Counted from the first letter of the stretch, positions 27,141-37,860 are shown. The stretch: DNA of 64,000 bases from a bacterium (GCA_029990205.1 JAPEKQ010000002.1:32845-96844); one strand, 5' to 3'. Translations and numbers: made by a program. The notes: a model not told the origin generated them from the letters alone.

Positions 27141-28865
27141 CTAGTAGTCCTCGGGCTGCACGTCCTTGAGGCGGAGCTGCAGGTTCGTCTCCCCACGCCA
27201 GGTATTCTCCTCGAGCACGTAGGCGAGCGACACCATGAACGAGCTGTCGCGCATCTCGCTCCTGAGCTCTCTGTATGCCTCGGCCATGCCGAAGCCGATC
27301 ACGTCCATGACCCGGCCCTCCTGCGATACGCGCATCCGCAGATGGCCGTTGCCGACGGTCTTCGCGTCCTCGACCTTCACGCGCCGCGTTCCGAACACCG
27401 GCTCGGGGTTGCCCGCGCCGAACGGCCGGAGCTTCTGAAGCTGGTGCACGAGGTCGAACGTGCAGTTGGGCAGGCGGATCTCGCCATCGATATCGATGAC
27501 GGCGACGAGGTCGTCGGCTGTGAGCTTCGCGGACACGGCCTTCTCAACACAGTCGCGGAACTCCTCGAGACGTTCCTCCGCCAGAGAAACGCCGGCGGCG
27601 TGCTGGTGGCCGCCGAAGCTGTCGAGGAAGTGCCTGCAGGATATCAGCGCGGCGTGCAGGTCGAACCCCGGAATGCTCCGGCCCGAGCCCTTCGCCATGC
27701 CGTCGGTGATCGAAAGAAGGATCGTCGGTCGGTTGTGCTGCTTGGCGATGCGCGAGGCCACGATGCCGATAACGCCCGGGTGCCAGCCGGAAGACCAGAG
27801 AACGATCGAGCGCGTGTTCACGAGGTCGATCTGCTCGGCGAGCATCCGCTCGGCGTCTTCGAGCACCTGGCGTTCGAGTTCGCGCCGCTTGCGGTTCTCG
27901 CCATCGAGCTGCTGGGCGATGCGTCCGGCCAGCGCGGTGTCGTCGGTCGTGAGAAGCTCGACGCCGATGCTGGCGTCACCCAGTCTACCCGCCGCGTTGA
28001 GACGCGGACCCAGCGCGAAGCCGATGTGCGCGGCACGCGCGCTCGCCGGCTCGACCTTCGCCACGTCCATGAGAGCGGCGAGGCCCGCGTTCCCGGTGTT
28101 GCGCAGGCGCTCCAGGCCGAGTGCCGTGAGGATCCGGTTCTCGGACCTGAGCGGGACGATGTCCGCAACGGTCCCGACGGCCACGAGGTCGAGATTCTCC
28201 TCGACGGTGTAGGCGAGCTCGCGGTAGTCGCGGGCAAGCGCCTCGAGCACCTTGAAGGCGACTCCGACGCCGGCGAGATCCTTGTACGGGTACTTCGAGT
28301 CCTTGCGCTTCGGGTCGACCACGGCGAGCGCGTCGGGAAGCGTCTCCTGCGGCTCGTGGTGGTCGGTCACGATGACGTCGAGTCCCATCTCGTTCGCGAG
28401 CGAGACCTGCTCGTGCCCGGTCACACCGCTGTCGACGGTGACGATGAGCTTGGCGCCGACGTCGCGTGCGAGCTTCACACCGCGGTCGGACAACCCGTAC
28501 CCCTCGTCGAGACGGTTCGGGATGTAGAAGTCGACGCGGCAGCCGACGGATTCGAGACACCGCTTCATCAGCACGATGGAGGTGATGCCGTCGACGTCAT
28601 AGTCGCCGCAGACGAAGATGCCTTCCTTGTTGTCAACGGCGCGGCGGAGTCTCTCGAGCGCCGGGTCGATGTCCGGAAGGAGGAAGGGGTCACAGAGCGC
28701 GGAGCGATCGGGTCTGAGGAACGCCGCGGCGTCCGCCTGCGTCACCACACCGCGGCTGGCAAGAATGGCGGCGAAGGCCGGGTGGACCTGAAGTTCCTCG
28801 GCGAGCGAGACGGCATGGGCCGATGCATCGCTGTCCGGGAGTATCCATCGCTTCCGTACGAACAC
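27141..28865 (-). CDS. recJ: Single-stranded DNA exonuclease RecJ
   Basis: GDYDVDG, PNRLDEGYG, TDHH, GTVADIVPL, PRLNAAGRL, GSGRS, GGHQHAAG; start estimated. Confidence 0.94.
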   Translation of the reverse strand: MFVRKRWILPDSDASAHAVSLAEELQVHPAFAAILASRGVVTQADAAAFLRPDRSALCDPFLLPDIDPALERLRRAVDNKEGIFVCGDYDVDGITSIVLMKRCLESVGCRVDFYIPNRLDEGYGLSDRGVKLARDVGAKLIVTVDSGVTGHEQVSLANEMGLDVIVTDHHEPQETLPDALAVVDPKRKDSKYPYKDLAGVGVAFKVLEALARDYRELAYTVEENLDLVAVGTVADIVPLRSENRILTALGLERLRNTGNAGLAALMDVAKVEPASARAAHIGFALGPRLNAAGRLGDASIGVELLTTDDTALAGRIAQQLDGENRKRRELERQVLEDAERMLAEQIDLVNTRSIVLWSSGWHPGVIGIVASRIAKQHNRPTILLSITDGMAKGSGRSIPGFDLHAALISCRHFLDSFGGHQHAAGVSLAEERLEEFRDCVEKAVSAKLTADDLVAVIDIDGEIRLPNCTFDLVHQLQKLRPFGAGNPEPVFGTRRVKVEDAKTVGNGHLRMRVSQEGRVMDVIGFGMAEAYRELRSEMRDSSFMVSLAYVLEENTWRGETNLQLRLKDVQPEDY

Positions 28866-28931
28866 GTGCGTTCCCTTCGTCAGTGTTGACGTCATCGACC
28901 CCGGAAGATCACCGGACTCGATGTTCAGAGC

Positions 28932-29305
28932 TGCAGCAGACCGTAAGCCGAGTTCTGTCGGAAGGCGAACCTTCCGCGACGACCATTCATCTGGGACGCC
29001 GGTTACCCGACGCCTCAAGCGACCCACCCGGGAGTTCTAGCGAAGCGGGCAGCTTCTCCTCCCCTACTTGGTCTCGCTCCGGACGGGGTTTACCTAGCTG
29101 CCCCCGTCACCGGGGGCACTGGTGGGCTCTTACCCCACCTTTTCACCCTTGCCGGGGAACCGCAAGCGGCACCCTTAGGCGGTCTACCTTTCTGCGGCAC
29201 TTTCCTTAGGATCACTCCCACTGGGCGTTACCCAGCGTCCTGCCCTCTGGAGCTCGGACTTTCCTCGGACGGACACGTCCGTCCGCGGTCGCCTGGCCTA
29301 CTGCA
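28932..29305 (-). ncRNA. rnpB: RNase P RNA (type A)
   Basis: Minus strand has GAGGAAAGTCCGAGC..GGAAAGTGCCGCAGAAA..ACAGAACTCGGCTTAC with terminal P1 helix TGCAGTAGGCC/GGTCTGCTGCA. Confidence 0.96.
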
Positions 29306-29333
29306 TTCTGTTGTCAGAGATCTCGGGTACAGA

Positions 29334-29951
29334 CTATTCGATGCCCTGCTTCGCCCCACGCTTCGCGAGACGGTCGGCTTCCGCGTTCTGCTCGCGCGGC
29401 ACGTGGACGATCGAGATGTCCTCGAGACGCGCGATGAGCGCCGAGACCTGCAGGTACTTCTCCTGGAGCTTCGGGTCGCGGACCTTGTAGCGTCCCATCA
29501 ACTGCCGCGCCACGAGTTCGCTGTCGAGCCTCAGTTCGACCGTCTTCGCGCCATGCGCGAGCGCGGTCTCGATACCCATGCGGACGGCCTCGTACTCCGC
29601 GACGTTGTTGGTCGCGCGTCCCAGGTACTCCGAGACCGTGTCCACCTTCTCCCCATCGGGGGTCGTGATCACGGCGCCGGCTCCCGCGTTTCCCGGGTTG
29701 CCGAGTGATGCGCCGTCGGTCCAGATGATCAGTTTCGACGTCGGAGGCGTCCCGCTCGAGTCCGCGTCGTCGCCGTTCGGTGCGGTCACCGCGCCGAACT
29801 CGGAGACGGACCCAACCGTCGATGCAAAGCGCTGCACGCTCTCGAGAAACGACAGAGCGCGATCCTCGGAGAGCCCCACGCGCGCCGCGGCGTCCTTCCA
29901 GTGGAGCCCCTCGATGATCCCGCCAAGGAAATCGGCCTCGGGTCTACTCAT
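29334..29951 (-). CDS. rnhA: Ribonuclease HI family protein with N-terminal extension
   Basis: WTDGASLGNPG, TNNVAEY, LDSELV, HVPREQNAEADRLA. Confidence 0.9.
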   Translation of the reverse strand: MSRPEADFLGGIIEGLHWKDAAARVGLSEDRALSFLESVQRFASTVGSVSEFGAVTAPNGDDADSSGTPPTSKLIIWTDGASLGNPGNAGAGAVITTPDGEKVDTVSEYLGRATNNVAEYEAVRMGIETALAHGAKTVELRLDSELVARQLMGRYKVRDPKLQEKYLQVSALIARLEDISIVHVPREQNAEADRLAKRGAKQGIE

Positions 29952-30663
29952 CCTCGTCGCTTTCCTTCCGGTAGAGGATGCGCCCGCAGCTGTCGCACTC
30001 GGCGAGGCGGTTCCCGCGCTTCACCTCGATGGCGGCCTGCGGTGGAAGACGCTTGTAGCAGCCGGTGCAGACATCGTCCACGAGCGGGACGACCGCGCTG
30101 TCTCCCTTGCTCGAGAGGATGCGCTCGTAGCGGAGAAGCAGTTTGTCATCGAGATGCATCGCAACGCGCGTCCGCTCGTCGTTCCGGACCATGACGTACT
30201 CGCGCAGCTTCTCGAGTTCGCCCTTGAGCTCTGCGATCTGGTTCTCGACCTCTCCCCTCGCGCCGTCCGCCGCCTTCTTCCGCTCCTCGAGTTCCGCCGT
30301 CTTCACGTCGACGTCCTCGAGCATCTTGAGAACGACGTCCTCGGTCTCCGAGATCGTCTTCCGCATGAACTCGATCTCGTGCGTGAGCGCCGCATACTCC
30401 TCGTTCGTCTTGATGACGAGCTGCTTCGCTTTGAGGTCCTCGAGCTTCGCGCCCTGATCCCGCAGGTCTCCCTCGAGCCGCAGCCTGTCCTTCGTCGCCT
30501 GCTGCATCGATTCCTCGGCCTCCGTGACAAGCGCGTCGGCCGACGTCAGCTGTCCTTCGAGCTCCGCGATCCTGGGCGGCAGCGCCTCCGCCTCCCAAGT
30601 CGCCTCGGCCAGCGCAACGTCTATCTTCTGAAGCTCAAGAAGTCGCTCGAGATCCTCTCGCAC
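29944..30663 (-). CDS. Coiled-coil C4 zinc-ribbon protein (DUF164-like)
   Basis: LLELQKID, long coiled coil, KTNEEYAAL, CTGC..CDSCGRILY. Confidence 0.9.
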   Translation of the reverse strand: MREDLERLLELQKIDVALAEATWEAEALPPRIAELEGQLTSADALVTEAEESMQQATKDRLRLEGDLRDQGAKLEDLKAKQLVIKTNEEYAALTHEIEFMRKTISETEDVVLKMLEDVDVKTAELEERKKAADGARGEVENQIAELKGELEKLREYVMVRNDERTRVAMHLDDKLLLRYERILSSKGDSAVVPLVDDVCTGCYKRLPPQAAIEVKRGNRLAECDSCGRILYRKESDEDE

Positions 30664-30715
30664 CGGACGCCTCCCTACTCAATACTCATTCCCATGCACC
30701 GTCGCCACCTAGATA

Positions 30716-30741
30716 AAGACGTACCCCGAGGGGTACGCCTT
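30716..30741 (-). terminator. Terminator-like hairpin downstream of the tRNA pair
   Basis: AAGGCGTACCC-CTCG-GGGTACGTCTT followed by TATCT. Confidence 0.55.
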
Positions 30742-30882
30742 GGAAGGATTCACGTGTCCACCGGCCGCCGCCCGAACCGGGTCGAGCGGCCTCGCAGCAT
30801 CCGTCTGCGGATTCAGGCTCCTGATGTAGACGTCATCTGTCAGGACAGCCCCCTCGGTGCTCGGCGTGCCGCGTCAGCGGTG

Positions 30883-30959
30883 TGGTGGGCGATACTGGAT
30901 TCGAACCAGTGACCTCCGGTATGTGAGACCGGCGCTCTAACCAACTGAGCTAATCGCCC
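30883..30959 (-). tRNA. tRNA-Val(CAC)
   Basis: GGGCGATTAGCTCAGTTGGTTAGAGCG CCGGT-CTCACAT-ACCGG..GGTTCGAATCC..CGCCCACCA. Confidence 0.95.
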
Positions 30960-30971
30960 ATGCTGTTCTCG

Positions 30972-31046
30972 TGGTGGGCCCACTCGGATTCGAACCAAGG
31001 ACCTACGGATTATGAGTCCGCTGCTCTACCGCTGAGCTATGGGCCC
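30972..31046 (-). tRNA. tRNA with CAT anticodon, most likely tRNA-Ile2 (lysidine)
   Basis: GGGCCCATAGCTCAGCGGTAGAGCA GCGGA-CTCATAA-TCCGT..TTCGAAT..GGGCCCACCA; lacks initiator features; Ile2-like sequence and typical position after rpoD. Confidence 0.88.
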
Positions 31047-31057
31047 GCGAATCCAAG

Positions 31058-31086
31058 AGTGTATCATTCACCACATCCCGTGTCAA
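31058..31086 (-). promoter_or_regulatory. Sigma70 promoter for the tRNA pair
   Basis: TTGACA-17 nt-TACACT with extended -10 TG. Confidence 0.78.
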
Positions 31087-31099
31087 CACGGCCTGCGCT

Positions 31100-32896
31100 C
31101 TACGGCAGGTCGATGTAGCCTCGGAGTCGACTCCGGCGCTTGTAGTGCCGGAGTTTGCCGATGGCCTTCTTCTCGATCTGGCGAACACGCTCACGCGTGA
31201 CGCCGAAGATCGCTCCGACCTCCTCGAGCGTCATGGGCGCCTGGTCCTTGTCGAGACCGAAGCGGAGCCGGATGATGCGCTCCTCCCGCGGGTCGAGTTC
31301 GGCCAGCACCTCGTTGATCTCCTCGCGGAGCAGCTTGAACGAAGCGTAGTCGGACGGCGAGATGACCTTCGTATCCTCCACGAAGTCACCGAGACTCGAG
31401 TCCTCGTCCTCGCCGATCGGACGGTCGAGTGAGATAGGCTGCTGCGCCGCCTTCAGGATCCCCTTGACCTTGTCCTCGGAGAGTTCGAGCTTGTCGGCGA
31501 TCTCATCGACCGACGGGTCTCGTCCCTCCTCCTGAACCAGCTGCCTCGTGGTGCGTACGACCTTGTTGATCGCCTCGATCATGTGGACCGGGACGCGGAT
31601 CGTCCTCGCCTGGTCGGCGATGGCCCGCGTGATGGCCTGACGGATCCACCACGTGGCGTACGTGGAGAACTTGTATCCGCGCGTGTAGTCGAACTTCTCC
31701 ACGGCGCGCATCAGACCCGTGTTCCCCTCCTGGATCAGGTCGAGGAAGTCCAGACCTCGGTGTGTGTAGCGCTTCGCGATGGAGATGACGAGCCGGACGT
31801 TCGCTTCGACCATCTCGGTCTTGGCGCGGTTGGCCTCGTACTCGCCCGTCTCGATCCGGCGCCACACATCCTTCATCTGGACGCAGCCGACACCGCACTC
31901 GCGCTCGACGCGCCGAAGCGCGCGCTTGCGGTTCCGGATCTCGTTCGCGAGTGCCTCGGCCTCCTTCTTGAGCGTGGCGACGGACTTCGAGCGCGACGTC
32001 TTCTTCGCCTCGGCCTTCTTCGCGGCTTCCGCCTTGGCCTTGGCCGCCACCTTCCCGCCCGCCTTCTTCGCTTCGCGGGCGGCCGCGCGCTCGCGCTTCT
32101 TCTTCGCCTCGGCGCGCTCGACACGCTTGACTGCCTTGTCGTGCTCGTGGACCATCTCGTCGATCTCGAACTCGAGCCGCTGGATCTTGTCAACGAGCTC
32201 GGAGATGCGCGCGCTCATCTTCGCGACCTGCCGGGGACTCAAGGCGAGCTTCTTCGCCTCGGTCAGCAGCAGCTTCTGCCGACGATCGATGGCCTTCTGC
32301 GTCTGGCGCGCGTGCTGGGGCTTCGCCTTCTTGAGCTTGACCTCGAGGTCACGCCGCTCGGTGTCGAGCTTGATGATCTTGTTCATACGGAGAACGACTC
32401 GCCTGCGCTCCTCGTTCCCTGTCGCGTTCTTCCGTTTTCTGTCGATGCGAACGACGCGGTCCATCCGGACCTTGTCGGTCTTGAGGCGCTCGGAGAGCGT
32501 CGCCATGCGCTTCATCGTCGTCAGCGACTCGAACACGGCGCCGTACGCCATGTTCTCGGCCGCCTCGATCCGCTTGCAGATCTCGACCTCACCCTCTCGG
32601 TCAAGCAGCTTGACCTGCCCCATCTCCCGGAGATACATGCGGACCGGATCGTCGAAGCGGAGCCGAGGTTGCGCCTTGGTCTTCCTCTTCGCGTCTCGCT
32701 TGCGCTTCGCTTCCTTGATCTTCTTGTCGACGACCTCGATCCCGGCGTCACCAAGCCGACAGTAGACATCATCGACGGCGTCGATGTTGATGTCGCTGCC
32801 GAAGTACGAGCCGAGTTCCTCGTACGTGAGCGTCTTCGAGTCCCCGACGGCCTTCACGATCGCGGCCGCGATCTTCTCAGCAGAACGTTTCGCCAT
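31100..32896 (-). CDS. rpoD: Primary sigma factor RpoD
   Basis: [58 protein letters not shown]. Confidence 0.96.
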   Translation of the reverse strand: MAKRSAEKIAAAIVKAVGDSKTLTYEELGSYFGSDINIDAVDDVYCRLGDAGIEVVDKKIKEAKRKRDAKRKTKAQPRLRFDDPVRMYLREMGQVKLLDREGEVEICKRIEAAENMAYGAVFESLTTMKRMATLSERLKTDKVRMDRVVRIDRKRKNATGNEERRRVVLRMNKIIKLDTERRDLEVKLKKAKPQHARQTQKAIDRRQKLLLTEAKKLALSPRQVAKMSARISELVDKIQRLEFEIDEMVHEHDKAVKRVERAEAKKKRERAAAREAKKAGGKVAAKAKAEAAKKAEAKKTSRSKSVATLKKEAEALANEIRNRKRALRRVERECGVGCVQMKDVWRRIETGEYEANRAKTEMVEANVRLVISIAKRYTHRGLDFLDLIQEGNTGLMRAVEKFDYTRGYKFSTYATWWIRQAITRAIADQARTIRVPVHMIEAINKVVRTTRQLVQEEGRDPSVDEIADKLELSEDKVKGILKAAQQPISLDRPIGEDEDSSLGDFVEDTKVISPSDYASFKLLREEINEVLAELDPREERIIRLRFGLDKDQAPMTLEEVGAIFGVTRERVRQIEKKAIGKLRHYKRRSRLRGYIDLP

Positions 32897-32927
32897 GTGT
32901 CTCGTTCGCCCCCAGGTCAGAGAGAGT

Positions 32928-34832
32928 TCACCTGCCGCCGCTGAGTTCCTCGAGCTTGCGCGCAAGCTCGAGCCTCCGTTCGACACGCGCCATGAGCGCT
33001 CCGTCGTCCGTCAGCTCGGCGGCCCGGATCTCCTCTTCCACCACGCGGATCTCTTCCTCGATCTGCGCTCGCCTCATCGTTCTAATATAGTCATCACAGA
33101 GCCTCCCGCCATCTTCAGGGAGCTCTCTCATAGCCAGTTCCGTCAGAAGCTTCGCCACTCCCGGACCGTCTTCAGGCTCGATGAGCGCCGAGACATCCGC
33201 GGCCGCCCGGCCGGGCGTCTCCCAGATGCGCGCCACGAGACCGCGCACGGGGTCGCTGATGAACTCATCCGGCCTCGCCACGGCCCGCACGCACTCCGCG
33301 TGCCCTCCACCAGCGAGGAGCAGCGCGAGAAGCCCCTCCTCGGCCGAACGCACGAGAGCCGGGACCTCGCGCGGCGCCTCGACGTCGTCGCCCTGCGGGT
33401 CGGTCGGCGGCGGCGGGTCCTCGGCGCCCCCCGGACCTCCGGCGCCGACGGTCGACGCTCTCGTCCCGGTTCGTGCCGTTCCCGGGCCGCCCGGGCCGCC
33501 GGCCGAGCGTGAGTCCTGCGCGCGCCCGCGACGCTCGCCCCGCGGCCTCCGCGATTTCAGCTCCGCGCGCTTCGCCTCGTAGAGACGGACCACGGCGCCG
33601 TGTCTGAGCGAGAGCGCCTCGGCGACCTTCTCGAGCATCAGGTCCGCCTTGATCGGGTCGGCGACGTGCGAGACGGTCTCGATGAGCGCCCGCGCCGCCT
33701 GCTCACGGCCGTCGGCCGTGTCGGTCGCGTTCGTGCTGACGAAGAAGTCGATGAAGTCCTGCGAGGACGCCAGCGCCTCCCGCAGCGCATCGGCTCCGTG
33801 CTTCCGAACGTACGAGTCCGGGTCGTTCCCGTCCGGCAGAAGCGCCACGCGGACCTTGAGCCCGAGTTCGACAAGAGCCTCCGCCGCGCGCGTCGCCGCG
33901 GAGAGACCGGCGTCGTCTCCGTCGTAGGCGACGAAGACCTTGTCCGCGTACCGGTCGATGATCTTCGCCTGTTCGCGAGTGAGCGCGGTCCCCGCCGACG
34001 CGATGGCGTTCTTGAACCCCGCCTGCACGAGGCTCAGCACATCCATGTACCCTTCGACAAGAATGGCCTCGCGCGTCATGCGGATCGACTGTCTCGCCTG
34101 GTTCAACCCGTAGAGGTAGTAGCTCTTCCGGTAGACGCGCGTCTCCGGCGAGTTGAGATACTTCGGTTCGGCGTCGCCGAACGCTCGCCCGCCGAACCCG
34201 ACCGCCTTCCCCGCCGCGGCGAGGAGCGGGAAGATGAGCCGGTCGCGGAACCGGTCGTACTGCCCGCCGCCCTCTCGCGCGATGGCCAGACCCGCCTCGA
34301 TGAGCACGCTCTCCTTCACACCGGACGCTCTCGCGTGCTTGAGGAGGTTGTCCCACCCTGGCGGCGCGTACCCGATCGCGAACTCGGCCACGACCTCGGA
34401 GTCCAGCCCCCGGTCCTTGATGTACTCGCGGGCCGGAGCGCCCGAGGCTCCCTTGAGCGAACTCCGGAAGAACTCGACCGCCATCTGATTCGCGGCGAAG
34501 ACGGGATCGTCCTCGGCAGACCGACCGGAGCCTCGCTCCGGGAGCGCGATCCCCGCGCGCTGCGCGAGTTCGCGGATCGCATCGATGAACCCGAGCTTCT
34601 CGTACTCCATCAGGAACGTGATGACGTTGCCGCCGACGCCGCACCCGAAGCAGTGGTAGATCTGCCGCTCGGGATTGACGTTGAACGACGGCGTCTTCTC
34701 CTGGTGGAACGGACACCGCCCCTTGTAGTTGACGCCCGCGCGCTTGAGCGGGATACGCTCAGAGATCACGTCGACGATATCGTTCGACTCGCGGATGCGA
34801 TCGATGAGTTCGTCCGGCAGGCGCCCCGACAT
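32928..34832 (-). CDS. dnaG: DNA primase
   Basis: [49 protein letters not shown]. Confidence 0.96.
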   Translation of the reverse strand: MSGRLPDELIDRIRESNDIVDVISERIPLKRAGVNYKGRCPFHQEKTPSFNVNPERQIYHCFGCGVGGNVITFLMEYEKLGFIDAIRELAQRAGIALPERGSGRSAEDDPVFAANQMAVEFFRSSLKGASGAPAREYIKDRGLDSEVVAEFAIGYAPPGWDNLLKHARASGVKESVLIEAGLAIAREGGGQYDRFRDRLIFPLLAAAGKAVGFGGRAFGDAEPKYLNSPETRVYRKSYYLYGLNQARQSIRMTREAILVEGYMDVLSLVQAGFKNAIASAGTALTREQAKIIDRYADKVFVAYDGDDAGLSAATRAAEALVELGLKVRVALLPDGNDPDSYVRKHGADALREALASSQDFIDFFVSTNATDTADGREQAARALIETVSHVADPIKADLMLEKVAEALSLRHGAVVRLYEAKRAELKSRRPRGERRGRAQDSRSAGGPGGPGTARTGTRASTVGAGGPGGAEDPPPPTDPQGDDVEAPREVPALVRSAEEGLLALLLAGGGHAECVRAVARPDEFISDPVRGLVARIWETPGRAAADVSALIEPEDGPGVAKLLTELAMRELPEDGGRLCDDYIRTMRRAQIEEEIRVVEEEIRAAELTDDGALMARVERRLELARKLEELSGGR

Positions 34833-35111
34833 CTATTCTCCCCGGTCCTTGTCCATCAGTTCCTTGATCTTGCGCTGTTCCCAGTCGTCGCCCCAGAACA
34901 TGAAGGGCAGGAACGTAGTCGCCGCATGGATGGCGAGGCCGATGCCCCAGCCGAAGAGCGGCCACCAGAACCAGTAGTGCCCGGGCGACGTCAGGTGATT
35001 GATGATGAAGAGGAACGCATTGACCAGGACGTAGGCGAAGAGGTGGCTGTAGAATCCCTTGAGTTCCTCGGCACGCTTCTTCGCGCGCTCAAACTTCGCG
35101 TTCTGTTCCAC
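34833..35111 (-). CDS. 2TM domain protein
   Basis: GFYSHLFAYVLVN..YWFWWPLFGWGIGLAIHA..WEQRKIKELM. Confidence 0.85.
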   Translation of the reverse strand: MEQNAKFERAKKRAEELKGFYSHLFAYVLVNAFLFIINHLTSPGHYWFWWPLFGWGIGLAIHAATTFLPFMFWGDDWEQRKIKELMDKDRGE

Positions 35112-35298
35112 CGCGCTCCTCCTTCCAGAGCCTCCAGACTGACAGCACCGAACCGATCGTCGTGAACACCGCGGCGAGGACCCGCGCGCTCGAAACCCCC
35201 TCGTCCAGGAGCAGAACCCAGCTCACGATCGCCGTGAGGAGCATCGCGGCCGCCGCGATGCGCGGCCAGCGCTTCTTCCGCTTCGCGGCCTTCTCCAA
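35089..35298 (-). CDS. Small membrane protein (two hydrophobic segments)
   Basis: Strong GAGGAGGAG RBS before TTG; basic N-terminus plus two TM-like helices; overlaps the 2TM gene. Confidence 0.55.
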   Translation of the reverse strand: MEKAAKRKKRWPRIAAAAMLLTAIVSWVLLLDEGVSSARVLAAVFTTIGSVLSVWRLWKEERGGTEREV

Positions 35299-35364
35299 CC
35301 TGCTCCTCCTCGAATCAGCACATCGCGGGCGCGCATCCGCGCCGGTTCCGCGACGGCCTTTCGT

Positions 35365-37749
35365 CTACTTCAGCTCCACGATCGTCACGCCGGTGTCGCC
35401 CTCGCCCCACTTGCCCAGACGGAACGACTTGACGGCCGACATGCCGCGCAGCACCTCCTGCGTCCTGTCCCGAAGCGCGCCCGTTCCCTTGCCGTGGACG
35501 ATGCGCACGACGGTGAACCCCTGCATGACGGCCGTGCTCAGGAACGTCTCGATCGCGTCCCCGATCTCGTCGGTCGTCATACCGCGCAGGTGAAGCTCCG
35601 TGGCCGGCTGCGTATCGACGGCCAGCTCGTAGTCGACCTTCGGCCGCCGCGTCTTGTCCTTCGAGACGGGCTCGGGCACGACGAGTTCGTCCGCCGAGAC
35701 CGTCAGGGTCGTGTTCTTGACGCGGACGCGGACACGCCCGCGGTCGTCGGGCAGTTCGAGAAGCTCGCCCTCGCGGCCGATGTTCTTCAGGCGGACACGC
35801 ATCCCGACCTCGAGGTCGACCAGCGGCTCGGCGGCGACCTCCTCCACCTCGGGCTGGATCTCCTCGGCGAGCTGTTCCACGACATCCTTGTGAGATTCCT
35901 GGACCTTCCGACGCGCCGCCTTGATGGCATCACGCGCCGCGGACGTCTCCTTGATCTCCTTGACCGTCTGCTCGACAAGACCCTGCGCGCGGTCGAGAAT
36001 CTCCCGCGCCTCCGCCAGCGCGCGCGTGCGGATCTGCTTCCGCTCGTCCTTGACGCCGGCCAGCCGCTCCTCGTAGTCCTTCGTCAGAAGCTCGGCCCGG
36101 CTCCGTTCGATCTCCGCCCGCCCGAGCGTCCGCTCGAGTTCGCGCTCCCTCCCGACGAGGTCGGCCAGGAGTCCGTCCACTCTCGCGGCGTCGGCGTCGC
36201 GAAGCTCTCGCGCCCGCCCCACGACGCTCTCGGGAAGCCCCTGGCGCTCCGCGATGGAGAGCGCGTGGCTCGCGCCGGGGACGCCGCGGATGAACCTGAA
36301 CGCGGGTTCGAAGGTGTCCGGGTCGAACGCCATCGAACCGTTGACCATCCCCTCGTACTCGTGCACGTGGTTCTTCACCACGCCGAGATGCGTCGTCGCG
36401 ATGGTCGCCGCGCCGCGCTTCGTGAGCTCTTCGAGGATCGCGATGGCGAGCCCCGCTCCTTCGTCCGGGTCGGTTCCCGCGCCGAGTTCGTCGAGCAGCA
36501 CGAGCGTCTTCTCGTTGGCCTCGGTGAGGATCTCGCGAATGGTCTTCAGATGAGACGAGAAGGTCGAGAGACTCATCTCGATCGACTGTTCGTCGCCGAT
36601 GTCGGCGAAGACCTCACGGAAGACCGAGATCTCCGTCCCCTCACCCGCCGGGACGTGAAGCCCGCACATGGCCATGGTGACGAGGAGCCCGACGGTCTTG
36701 AGCGTCACCGTCTTCCCTCCGGCGTTCGGGCCGGAGATGACGAGCGTGCTCCCCTCGACACCGAGGTCGAGGTCGAGAGGAACGATGCTGCCGCCCGTCT
36801 CGCGGAAGATCGCGTCGAGCACCGGGTGACGACCGGACCGGATGCGGAGCCGCCCGTCGGCGGTCACCGACGGCCGGACGCAGTCGAGGTCTCTCGAGAG
36901 GAGCGCCGCGGCCCGGTAGAGGTCGAGCTCACCGAGGATCTCGGTCGAGACCCGGATCGCCTCCGCCTCCTCTCCCACCGTGGCGGTGAGCGCGCGCAGG
37001 ATCCGCTCGATCTCCTTCTTCTCGGCGGATGCGAGTTCCGCGAGTTCGTTGTTGAGCGGCACCGTGCTCATCGGCTCGACGAAGAGCGTGGCGCCCGTCG
37101 ATGACTGGTCGTGAACGATGCCCTTCAGATGCGAGCGGCTCGCGCGCTTGACCGGGAGGACGAGTCGGCCGTTGCGGATGTGGACGGCCGCTTCCTGCAC
37201 CGTGTCGTCGCGGAGTTCCTTCTGGAGGATGGCCTGGAGCTTCTCATCGATGCGGGCGCGCGTCCGTTCGAGCGCCCGGCGGATCTTCGAGAGCTCGCGG
37301 CTGGCGCTGTCCTTGACCTCGACGGCCACATCGTCGATGGCGCGTTCGATCGATGCCTCGACGGCGGGCAGCGAGCAGAGCCGCTGCGCCTTCTCCCAGG
37401 TCAGCGGCGCCTCTTCCTGCTTGCGGGACGTGAACTCGCGAACCTCGCGCGCGGCGGCGATCGCTCCACGGACCTCAAGGAGATCCGCGCACGAGAGCAT
37501 GGCCCCCTGGCGCGAGCTTCGCTCTGCCAGCGACCGGGCGTCACGGGCACGGTCGATGGGCAGCCGTGCGCCGTCGTCGACGAGCCTCCGGAGTTCCGTG
37601 GTGATGGTCAGGTCGTGTTCAATGGAACCGAGGTCGACGGTTGGGCGGAGCGCAGCTGCACGCTCGGCGCCCGGCTCGAACGACGTTCTGTCGACGAGCA
37701 TCCGGACGACCTTCTCGAATTCCAGGACATCGAGGGTGTGGGTATTCAT
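35365..37749 (-). CDS. mutS2: Endonuclease MutS2
   Basis: LEFEKV, GIVHDQSSTGATLFVEP, SGPNAGGKT, DELGAGTDP, C-terminal Smr HGKGTGAL. Confidence 0.95.
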   Translation of the reverse strand: MNTHTLDVLEFEKVVRMLVDRTSFEPGAERAAALRPTVDLGSIEHDLTITTELRRLVDDGARLPIDRARDARSLAERSSRQGAMLSCADLLEVRGAIAAAREVREFTSRKQEEAPLTWEKAQRLCSLPAVEASIERAIDDVAVEVKDSASRELSKIRRALERTRARIDEKLQAILQKELRDDTVQEAAVHIRNGRLVLPVKRASRSHLKGIVHDQSSTGATLFVEPMSTVPLNNELAELASAEKKEIERILRALTATVGEEAEAIRVSTEILGELDLYRAAALLSRDLDCVRPSVTADGRLRIRSGRHPVLDAIFRETGGSIVPLDLDLGVEGSTLVISGPNAGGKTVTLKTVGLLVTMAMCGLHVPAGEGTEISVFREVFADIGDEQSIEMSLSTFSSHLKTIREILTEANEKTLVLLDELGAGTDPDEGAGLAIAILEELTKRGAATIATTHLGVVKNHVHEYEGMVNGSMAFDPDTFEPAFRFIRGVPGASHALSIAERQGLPESVVGRARELRDADAARVDGLLADLVGRERELERTLGRAEIERSRAELLTKDYEERLAGVKDERKQIRTRALAEAREILDRAQGLVEQTVKEIKETSAARDAIKAARRKVQESHKDVVEQLAEEIQPEVEEVAAEPLVDLEVGMRVRLKNIGREGELLELPDDRGRVRVRVKNTTLTVSADELVVPEPVSKDKTRRPKVDYELAVDTQPATELHLRGMTTDEIGDAIETFLSTAVMQGFTVVRIVHGKGTGALRDRTQEVLRGMSAVKSFRLGKWGEGDTGVTIVELK

Positions 37750-37860
37750 AGACGGCTATGAGACTCCGGCGGATCCTGCGCAGCAGTCGTGACCGCAACG
37801 CAGGGGCCTCTCAAGCTTCCGTGCACCCGAACAGGGGCGACCGTCCTGGTCCCGCCTGTC

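Noticed and set aside
28866..29209. recJ extension and ORF 28823-29209
   Set aside because: Both overlap the RNase P RNA gene and are not credible coding sequence
30883..31046. tRNA genes as an integration site for an island
   Set aside because: No integrase and no duplicated tRNA 3' end was seen; the flanks are housekeeping genes
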